Made by a program: the position numbers and the translations under genes | Part shown: in pieces, positions 8,846-15,420 of the stretch | How the letters are laid out: every line of letters begins with the position of its first letter | Position numbering within the stretch: position 1 is the first letter of the stretch | DNA from: Nitratidesulfovibrio vulgaris str. Hildenborough | GTDB lineage: Bacteria > Desulfobacterota > Desulfovibrionia > Desulfovibrionales > Desulfovibrionaceae | Direction of reading: 5' to 3' | Assembly: GCF_000195755.1 (NCBI RefSeq) | Contig: NC_002937.3 | Span: 1,020,001 to 1,052,000, forward strand | Length of the DNA: 32,000 nucleotides | The notes under the pieces: generated by a model | Databases searched by the model: none | What the model saw: the letters and a program-made list of their open reading frames with translations, nothing else | What the model was told of the DNA's origin: nothing

Positions 8846-8870
8846 ACGTTTCTGGCAGTTTTTTTTCTTT
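8832..8870 (+). terminator. Probable intrinsic terminator after the 128-aa ORF
   Basis: CTGCCA (8832-8837) pairs with TGGCAG (8853-8858), immediately followed by TTTTTTTTCTTT. The stem is short (6 bp) with a 15-nt loop. Confidence 0.5.
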
Positions 8871-8968
8871 GGTCACCGGAAGTCACATTTCGGTGTCGCT
8901 CTTCCGTAATGGCGCAATGCCGTGTATGGTGGATTCAGTACCTTTCGAGAACACCGAGGGAGGTTGCC

Positions 8969-9277
8969 GTGTCCATCAGCAAGAAATTTCTCAAGACCCG
9001 CCCCGTATGCAAGGTGCGCTTCGTACTTCCCTCTTCGCAATGCGAAGGGGTGGAGACCGTGTGTCTTGTCGGTGAGTTCAACGGCTGGAACGAACAGCGC
9101 AATCCCATGAAACGTGGTCGTGACGGAAGCTTCAGCGTCGAGGTCGAACTTGAGACCGGGCGTGAATACCGTTTCAGGTATCTTCTCGACGGGTGTCGCT
9201 GGGCGAACGACAGCGATGCAGACGGCTACGAATACTGCCCCTTCGCCAATGCCGACAACGCGCTTGTGAGTGTATAG
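8969..9277 (+). CDS. Stand-alone CBM48 / AMPK-beta-type glycogen-binding module protein (about 102 aa)
   Basis: VRFVLPSSQCEGVETVCLVGEFNGWNEQRNPMKRGRDGSFSVEVELETGREYRFRYLLDGCRWANDSDADGY fits the isoamylase-N / AMPK1_CBM pattern (GxFNxW ... YxFxxDGxW). A GTG at 8969 is preceded by GAGGGAGG. The ATG at 8909 is possible but lacks an SD. Confidence 0.75.
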   Translation: MSISKKFLKTRPVCKVRFVLPSSQCEGVETVCLVGEFNGWNEQRNPMKRGRDGSFSVEVELETGREYRFRYLLDGCRWANDSDADGYEYCPFANADNALVSV

Positions 9278-9608
9278 CGCCGCCGGGAAATGGCGTCGGA
9301 ACACACCCTGGCATCGTCTCGCCTTTGCGAGAGTCGTTGTCGGTCGTGAGATGCTGTTCCCCATTGAGACCCCCTCCGCATGGGGAGACCAGTGGCATTT
9401 CCGGTCGGGCTGTGCATGGACGCCCGGGGCGTGCGGCAAGCACGACAAGCCCTCTGCATCACCTCGCGTCACATCGTTTCGGCCCACTGCCGTGTGGGGC
9501 TGCCGCTACTTCTGTGCACCGTGTTGACGGCTGCCAGTGAAGTGTCGTGACTCTCGGGTGTACGCCACGAGCCCTGTGCCATCCGAACGCGCGTTATATA
9601 CGGCATAG

Positions 9609-9637
9609 TTGCAAGTCGTCGCTCCCCCTTGTACAGT
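9609..9637 (+). promoter_or_regulatory. Candidate sigma-70 promoter for the 249-aa/GGDEF pair
   Basis: TTGCAA (9609-9614), 17-nt spacer, TACAGT (9632-9637). It lies about 40 nt upstream of the 9677 ATG. Confidence 0.3.
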
Positions 9638-9676
9638 CCCGCTAGGGAGCGGCGCATAACCGGTGCCGTATGAGTC

Positions 9677-10426
9677 ATGACTGAGATACAGCGCGACATA
9701 GACCTGATGGGCATGCCTCTGGAGGGGGTCGTCGCGTATTGGCTGTCGCTCAAGAAGCTGGTGGGTGGCAGCCGCAGTTTCAAGTCACTTGAGCAGGAGG
9801 CCGAATTCACGCCCGAACCCTTCGTGCGTCACCTGCTCGAACTCGCCTTCGCTTCTCATCTGGACTCGTCTCGCGTGCGCGAACTTGCCCTCACCAAGGG
9901 AGAAGTCGTGTGCGCGACGCTCGACAGGCGTTTCGACCTCATGCGCATCGCGGTCATGGATGTGGCGTCCGGAGAGAACCCTCATCGTACCCTGGCTCGT
10001 ATGGGCGCGCGGTTCCATGCCTTGCCTGTCGAGGCCGACCGTGCGCTCGCCTACGCACAAGAACTGCTTCGCCTCGCTCTCGAAAAGGAATCCTCCGAAC
10101 CCTTCTTCAACGTCCACCACCGGCAGAATGATGACAAGCTGCTGGTGACTCTTCTTTTTTACGTGATGCTGGCCCGCCACCATGGAAGGATAGCCTGTCG
10201 CCCCTTTGTGCCTCACATGGGGGCACGCTTTTTCGGTGACGCGCTCGCTCTGGTCGTTGACGGATTCGACGCGCCGTTCGTCCGCAAGTGGATGAAACGG
10301 CACAAGCAGGTACTTCTCGAAGAACTGCGTGGCAAGGTGCGGGTTTCCGTCGACATGTGTCTTGGCATCCGTGACAGGCTCGATTACGACGACCTGTTCC
10401 GGGTCGCGCGTTCCCACATGCGTTAA
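9677..10426 (+). CDS. Hypothetical cytoplasmic all-helical protein (249 aa)
   Basis: A long ORF with genome-typical GC3 bias and no TM segments. I saw no SD, so the start is uncertain. The stop lies 12 nt before the GGDEF gene start. I recognise no confident family. Confidence 0.6.
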   Translation: MTEIQRDIDLMGMPLEGVVAYWLSLKKLVGGSRSFKSLEQEAEFTPEPFVRHLLELAFASHLDSSRVRELALTKGEVVCATLDRRFDLMRIAVMDVASGENPHRTLARMGARFHALPVEADRALAYAQELLRLALEKESSEPFFNVHHRQNDDKLLVTLLFYVMLARHHGRIACRPFVPHMGARFFGDALALVVDGFDAPFVRKWMKRHKQVLLEELRGKVRVSVDMCLGIRDRLDYDDLFRVARSHMR

Positions 10427-10438
10427 GGGGGTGGGAAC

Positions 10439-11170
10439 ATGCCAGAACGATCGCACCGGCGCCTTGTCCATCTGGCATTCCGCATGTTGCAGGGTGCGGC
10501 GTTGGGGGCGGGGGCCCCGTTGGGCTGGCTTGTCATCCGCACGCTTCTTGACCTGTCCCCGTCACATCCGGACTATGACTTCTGGCTTTTTCTCTACATC
10601 TCGGTAGGGTCCATACTCGTCTTCACCGGCATGGGAGGCTGGGTCGGCAGAGAGGAGTTGCGACTTGAACGGCTGTCGCTGGTCGACCCGCTGACGGGAC
10701 TCTACAACAGGCGTTCGTTCGAGACGGCGCTTGAGAAGGAGATGGCCCGGTGGCGTCGTCGAGAGGCCCCCGTGGCCCTGCTCATGCTCGACCTCGACCA
10801 TTTCAAGCTGGTCAACGATACGTGGGGACATCAGGCGGGTGACAGGGTGTTGCAGACGCTTGCCCGTCTTCTGTCCTCTACCGTCCGCATCGAGGACTTG
10901 CCCGCGCGGGTCGGGGGCGAGGAGTTTGCCGTCATCATGCCCGAGGTGACAGGTGATGAGGCGTATCAGGCGGCTGAACGTCTGCGCCTTGTCGTGGCCG
11001 GGCATCTTTTCGACATCGGTGTCGAATCCATCGAGGTTCGTGTCTCCATTGGTGTGGCGTGCACTGAGATGCAGAACGTGGCTGATGGGGCGACACTGGT
11101 ACGTCTCGCTGACGAAGCGCTGTACCGCGCGAAGCAGCGCGGGCGCGACAGGGTGGAAACAGCATGGTAG
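10439..11170 (+). CDS. Membrane-anchored diguanylate cyclase (2 TM + GGDEF, with I-site)
   Basis: DPLTGLYNRRSFE, LLMLDLDHFKLVNDTWGHQAGD and RVGGEEFAVIM (GGEEF active site). An RIED (RxxD) motif lies five residues upstream of the active site. Two N-terminal hydrophobic segments are present. Confidence 0.9.
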   Translation: MPERSHRRLVHLAFRMLQGAALGAGAPLGWLVIRTLLDLSPSHPDYDFWLFLYISVGSILVFTGMGGWVGREELRLERLSLVDPLTGLYNRRSFETALEKEMARWRRREAPVALLMLDLDHFKLVNDTWGHQAGDRVLQTLARLLSSTVRIEDLPARVGGEEFAVIMPEVTGDEAYQAAERLRLVVAGHLFDIGVESIEVRVSIGVACTEMQNVADGATLVRLADEALYRAKQRGRDRVETAW

Positions 11171-11436
11171 TCGCCACCGGAGGGGGGCATCTGCATTCTG
11201 CGTTTCGGCAGAAAGCCGCTACTCGGGACCTGCCCGAATGGGCCGTCTTTCTTTTCGGCCGACTCCTCTGTCTGCCTCCTGATGCGCTCACGTCATTGCC
11301 GCCTGTCGTCCTCTAGCCACGGCTGTCAGGGCAAGTCCCCCCGTCTACCATTCTGCGTCCTCTTTTCCTTCTCGCCTCGTCTCCCCTGCCATGCCTTCTC
11401 TACCGGGGGGATGCGGCCCTGAAACGTTGTGCCCTG

Positions 11437-11473
11437 ATTGTCATGCGTGGCGAAAACGGGCATTATCATGCGT
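11437..11473 (+). repeat. Direct repeat ATTGTCATGCGT / ATTATCATGCGT (11 of 12 identical, 25 bp apart)
   Basis: The copies are at 11437-11448 and 11462-11473, 50-85 bp upstream of the peptidase start. The second copy contains GCATTATCAT, which matches one arm of the classical Fur-box palindrome. Confidence 0.5.
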
Positions 11474-11521
11474 CGCCTCATGCCCGATGACATTCAGGCG
11501 GATACCCGCCAGGAGGATACC

Positions 11522-14416
11522 ATGCAGCTTCACGGATTCGAACTCATAGACGAGACCAACCTCGAAGAACTCTCAAGCCGCGTACGCCGGTGGCGACATG
11601 TCGTCACGGGTGCGCAGCTTCTTTCCTTCTGCAATGCCGACGAGAACAAAGTGTTCGGTGTCAGCTTCCGCACTCCCCCCGGCGACTCCACAGGCGTCGC
11701 GCATATCCTCGAACATTCGGTTCTTTGCGGTTCCGAGCGTTATCCGGTCAAAGAACCGTTCGTGGAACTGCTCAAGGGGTCGCTCCAGACATTCCTGAAC
11801 GCCTTCACCTACCCTGATAAGACGTGCTACCCCGTGGCAAGCACCAACCTTCAGGATTTTCGTAATCTTGTTGATGTGTACCTCGACGCGGTGTTCTTTC
11901 CGCGTATCGATGAGAACATCTTCCGGCAGGAAGGCTGGCACATCGATGCCGAGACGGCTGACGGCCCATGGAACTACAAGGGCGTCGTCTATAACGAGAT
12001 GAAGGGCGTCTATTCTTCGCCCGAGTCGGTACTTTCGGAACAGTCGCAGCAGGCGATCTTTCCGGAGCATGTCTACGGGCTGGATTCGGGCGGCAACCCC
12101 GAGCGCATCCTTGAACTGACGTATGAGCAGTTCCGCGACTTCCATCGTCGTTTCTATCACCCCGGCAACGGCCGTTTCTTCTTCTGGGGCGACGACCCAG
12201 AAGAAGCCCGCCTTGAGCATATCGGGCGGGTGCTGTCGCGTTTCGATAGGCTTGATGTGGATTCCGCTGTGCCTCTCATGGGGCACCGTGACACGCCTCG
12301 CCTTCTTGAGGTGCCCTTCGCCGCCGGGGAAGGCGATACCCGTGGCATGGTCACGGTGAACTGGCTTCTTGACGAGACCGTCGATGCAGAGCGCAACTTC
12401 GCTTTGCACATGCTCGAACACATCCTCCTGGGGATGCCCGGTTCGCCGCTGCGTCGTGCGCTCATCGAGTCGGGTCTGGGTGAGGATGTCGCCGGTGTAG
12501 GTTTGGAAGCCGAACTGCGCCAGATGTACTTCTCCGTGGGGCTCAAGGGCATCGACCCGGCGGATGCCGAGCGGGTCGAGGTGCTTGTCATGGATACGCT
12601 TGCCTCCCTCGCAGAGGAGGGGGTTCCGTCCGACGCCATCGAAGCCGCTTTCAACAGCGTGGAGTTCTCTTTGCGCGAGAACAACACCGGACGCTACCCG
12701 CGTGGTCTCGCCGTCATGGTGCGTTCTCTCACGACGTGGCTCTATGACGGAGACCCCCTGGCCCTGCTGGCGTTCGAGAAGCCCCTTGCCGCAATCCGTG
12801 ACGCCATAGCCGCCGGAGGCTACTTCGAGGCGCTCATCAGGCGCTGCTTCCTCGACAATGCCCACCGCGCAACGGTCTCGCTAGTGCCCGACATGACACT
12901 GGAGGCGCGTCGTGAAGAGGCCGAGAACAAGCGCATCGAGAAGGTGCAGTCCGCACTTTCGCCCTCCGATAGAGAAGCCGTGGTCTCTCTTGCGGCGACG
13001 TTGCGCGCCCTGCAGGAGGCTCCTGATTCGCCGGAGGCGCTCGCCACCATACCGCGTCTGGGTCTTGAAGACCTTGCGCGCGAGAACCGCCCCATTCCCA
13101 TCGAAGAACGCACATCGGGCGATGTCACCGTCCTGTTCCATGACATCGACACGTCCGGCATCGTCTACTCCGAACTGCTGTTCGACTTGTCTGCCGTTCC
13201 TGCAAGGCTTCTGCCGCTGGTTCCGCTCTTCGGGCGGGCCCTGCTCGAGATGGGAACGGCGCGTCACGACTTCGTGGCGCTGGGGATGCGTATCGCCGCG
13301 AAGACCGGCGGTATCGAGGCGGATACGCTCTTCGCCACCACCCGCGCCGGACGCAAGCCTGTCGCTCACATGGTGGTGAGCGGCAAGGCCACCCGTGACA
13401 ATGCCGCGGCCCTGGTCGACATCATGCACGAAGTGCTGCACGAGGCGCTGTTCGATGACGCGGAGCGCTTCGGGCGCATGGTGCTGGAGGAAAAGGCCCG
13501 TCAGGAGCATTCGCTGGTGCCTTCGGGCCACGGCGTCGTATCCAGCCGTTTGCGGGCCAGTTTCTCCATGGCTGGCTGGCTTGACGAGGTGACAGGTGGC
13601 ATCACCTACCTCATGGCCCTGCGCGAACTCGCCGAACGTGTGCGTGACGACTGGCAGGGGGTGCGCGACGACCTTGAAACGCTTCGCACACTTGTCTTGC
13701 GTCGAAGCGGGGCTCTCTGCAACCTGACGGCGGACAGCGCCACGGCGGCAGTGGCCATGCCCCTTTTCGACGGGCTTGTCGCGGGACTGCCCGATACAGC
13801 AGCCGATGCCGTGGTCTGGGCACCGGATGCACTGCCTGCTGCAGAGGCGCTGGTCGTTCCCGCGCAGGTGAACTACGTGGGCAAGGGCGCCAACCTCTAT
13901 GACCTTGGCTACGCCTATCATGGTTCGGTGAGCGTGGTGCTCAAGCACCTTCGCATGGCGTTCCTGTGGGACCGGGTGCGCGTGCAGGGCGGGGCCTACG
14001 GCGCGTTCTGCGCGTTCGACCGCATGAGCGGGGCCTTCACGCAGGTTTCATACCGCGACCCCAATGTGGAGCGCACCCTTGATGTCTACGACAAGTGCGC
14101 CGAGTATCTGCGCACGGTGGAACTCGATGACGCCGCACTCACAAGCGCCATCGTCGGTGCCATCGGCGACCTTGACATGCACATGCTGCCCGACGCGCGC
14201 GGTGAGGCCTCGATGCTACGCCACCTTACCGGTGATACGGAAGATGTCAGGCAGACGATGCGCGAGCAGATGCTGGCGACCACGCAGCGGCACTTCCGGG
14301 AATTCGCCGATGTGCTGGATGCGGTGGCACGCACGGGCAGGGTGTGCGTCCTCGGTGGAGGCAGTCTCGACGCCGTTGCGGCAACGCGCGGCTGGCAGGC
14401 TTTGCGGGTGCTGTAG
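11522..14416 (+). CDS. Large M16-family zinc metallopeptidase (PreP / insulinase-like, 964 aa)
   Basis: The inverted zinc motif HILEH sits in GVAHILEHSVLCGSERYPVKEPF, with YNEMKG downstream. The length and four-domain layout are typical of M16C. ATG at 11522 is preceded by AGGAGG at a 5-nt spacing. Confidence 0.9.
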   Translation: MQLHGFELIDETNLEELSSRVRRWRHVVTGAQLLSFCNADENKVFGVSFRTPPGDSTGVAHILEHSVLCGSERYPVKEPFVELLKGSLQTFLNAFTYPDKTCYPVASTNLQDFRNLVDVYLDAVFFPRIDENIFRQEGWHIDAETADGPWNYKGVVYNEMKGVYSSPESVLSEQSQQAIFPEHVYGLDSGGNPERILELTYEQFRDFHRRFYHPGNGRFFFWGDDPEEARLEHIGRVLSRFDRLDVDSAVPLMGHRDTPRLLEVPFAAGEGDTRGMVTVNWLLDETVDAERNFALHMLEHILLGMPGSPLRRALIESGLGEDVAGVGLEAELRQMYFSVGLKGIDPADAERVEVLVMDTLASLAEEGVPSDAIEAAFNSVEFSLRENNTGRYPRGLAVMVRSLTTWLYDGDPLALLAFEKPLAAIRDAIAAGGYFEALIRRCFLDNAHRATVSLVPDMTLEARREEAENKRIEKVQSALSPSDREAVVSLAATLRALQEAPDSPEALATIPRLGLEDLARENRPIPIEERTSGDVTVLFHDIDTSGIVYSELLFDLSAVPARLLPLVPLFGRALLEMGTARHDFVALGMRIAAKTGGIEADTLFATTRAGRKPVAHMVVSGKATRDNAAALVDIMHEVLHEALFDDAERFGRMVLEEKARQEHSLVPSGHGVVSSRLRASFSMAGWLDEVTGGITYLMALRELAERVRDDWQGVRDDLETLRTLVLRRSGALCNLTADSATAAVAMPLFDGLVAGLPDTAADAVVWAPDALPAAEALVVPAQVNYVGKGANLYDLGYAYHGSVSVVLKHLRMAFLWDRVRVQGGAYGAFCAFDRMSGAFTQVSYRDPNVERTLDVYDKCAEYLRTVELDDAALTSAIVGAIGDLDMHMLPDARGEASMLRHLTGDTEDVRQTMREQMLATTQRHFREFADVLDAVARTGRVCVLGGGSLDAVAATRGWQALRVL

Positions 14417-14492
14417 TGAGCCGTATTCTTGCGCTTTATCTTCCGGAAGGGTACACCTTGCACAGACACCAACCCAAGAGGGATGATGCCCA

Positions 14493-14927
14493 ATGAAGGA
14501 ACCCATCGCCGTATTTCAGGATTATATCGCGCGCAACAGCCTCAAGGTGACGCCGCAGCGGATGCTCATCGTCGATGTCTTCCTGAAAGTAGGCGGGCAT
14601 CTCACCACCGAAGAGGTCTATGAGCGTGTCAAGGCCGTCGACCCCTCTGTGGGGCAGGCGACCGTCTACCGAACGATGAAGCTCCTGTGCGACTCAGGTC
14701 TCGCCAAGGAAGTGCATTTCGGGGACGGTGTGGCGCGTTACGAGCAGAAGTACGGTAGCAAGCACCACGACCACCTCATCTGCGAGAGGTGTGGCGCCAA
14801 TATCGAAGTGCTCGACGACGACATCGAACGCTTGCAGGAAGAGTTGGCCAGACGGCACGGCTACGTGCTGACCTCGCACCGGATGTATCTCTATGGCATC
14901 TGCGCCTCATGCCGCGAGCGTCGCTGA
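14493..14927 (+). CDS. fur: Ferric uptake regulator family transcriptional repressor
   Basis: The winged-helix segment is TPQRMLIVDVF...HLTTEEVY...VGQATVYRTMKLL. The metal-site motifs are HHDHLICERCG and CASC. The length of 144 aa fits the family. Confidence 0.9.
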   Translation: MKEPIAVFQDYIARNSLKVTPQRMLIVDVFLKVGGHLTTEEVYERVKAVDPSVGQATVYRTMKLLCDSGLAKEVHFGDGVARYEQKYGSKHHDHLICERCGANIEVLDDDIERLQEELARRHGYVLTSHRMYLYGICASCRERR

Positions 14928-14957
14928 CCGGAAGCGCATGTGAAGACTGCTGTGAGC

Positions 14958-14993
14958 GGGGGAGGAACCTTGGGGTTCTTCCCCCTTTCGTTT
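14958..14993 (+). terminator. Rho-independent terminator of fur
   Basis: GGGGGAGGAACC (14958-14969), loop TTGG, GGTTCTTCCCCC (14974-14985). The 12-bp stem has one G-U pair and is followed by TTTCGTTT. Confidence 0.8.
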
Positions 14994-15225
14994 GCAGAAG
15001 GACGCCATCGGGCGGGGGCTAGGCATGCGTGCGCTGTCTGCTTCGAATACGCTTCCGGGCATTGTCGCCGTTGGGCAAGTGCGGGTGAACGACACGCGCC
15101 GTCCCGAAGACAGCAGGGGGAATGTGTTTGTCGGGGCCCTTCACGCATCGCCTCGGAGGGCTACGACGCGTGGCGTTCATAGGGTGTGCGCCCCTAGGCA
15201 ACGCCGACTGGACGAATGGAGAAGC

Positions 15226-15241
15226 GCAAACGCGGGTTTGC
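15226..15241 (+). promoter_or_regulatory. Upstream activator-type palindrome 1: GCAAA-CGCGGG-TTTGC
   Basis: An exact inverted repeat, extendable to CGCAAAC/GTTTGCG. Its centre lies about 118 bp upstream of the -24 GG. Confidence 0.55.
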
Positions 15242-15268
15242 GAAAGGGCGCTAACACAGGTTTACGAT

Positions 15269-15284
15269 GCAAAGTGATGTTTGC
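15269..15284 (+). promoter_or_regulatory. Upstream activator-type palindrome 2: GCAAA-GTGATG-TTTGC
   Basis: It has the same 5-6-5 architecture as site 1 and starts exactly 43 bp downstream of it. Its centre lies about 75 bp upstream of the -24 GG. Confidence 0.55.
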
Positions 15285-15349
15285 AGCTTGCCGAGTCGTC
15301 CTGCACATTAACATTCTTTAATTAAAAGCTGTTAATGAATCTCTCTTTC

Positions 15350-15365
15350 TGGCACGCTTCTTGTT
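15350..15365 (+). promoter_or_regulatory. Sigma-54 (-24/-12) promoter
   Basis: TGGCACGCTTCTTGTT against the consensus TGGCAC-N5-TTGCW. The spacing is correct and the only deviation is T for C at the last -12 position. An AT-rich tract (15306-15345) separates it from the palindromes. An NtrC-type activator is encoded in the same gene string. Confidence 0.65.
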
Positions 15366-15380
15366 CAAAGAAGCACAAAC

Positions 15381-15400
15381 GTGGCGTGTCGTTACGCCAC
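15381..15400 (+). promoter_or_regulatory. 5'-UTR hairpin GTGGCGT-GTCGTT-ACGCCAC
   Basis: A perfect 7-bp inverted repeat between the -12 element and the GGAGGG SD of the transporter gene. Confidence 0.35.
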
Positions 15401-15420
15401 ATGTCAGCAAGGAGGGAACA

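Noticed and set aside
9309-9328. TGGCAT...TTTGC resembling a sigma-54 promoter
   Set aside because: The GG-to-GC spacing is 9 or 15 nt instead of the required 10. No gene starts downstream at a suitable distance.
11573-13948. 430-aa and 355-aa minus-strand ORFs
   Set aside because: They are antisense to the M16 peptidase (HILEH motif on the plus strand). The composition is not protein-like.
15042-15048. TTCGAAT, a T-loop-like word suggesting a tRNA
   Set aside because: The flanking bases cannot form a T-stem (CTGC versus ACGC), and no acceptor or anticodon arms are evident. I found no tRNA anywhere in the window.
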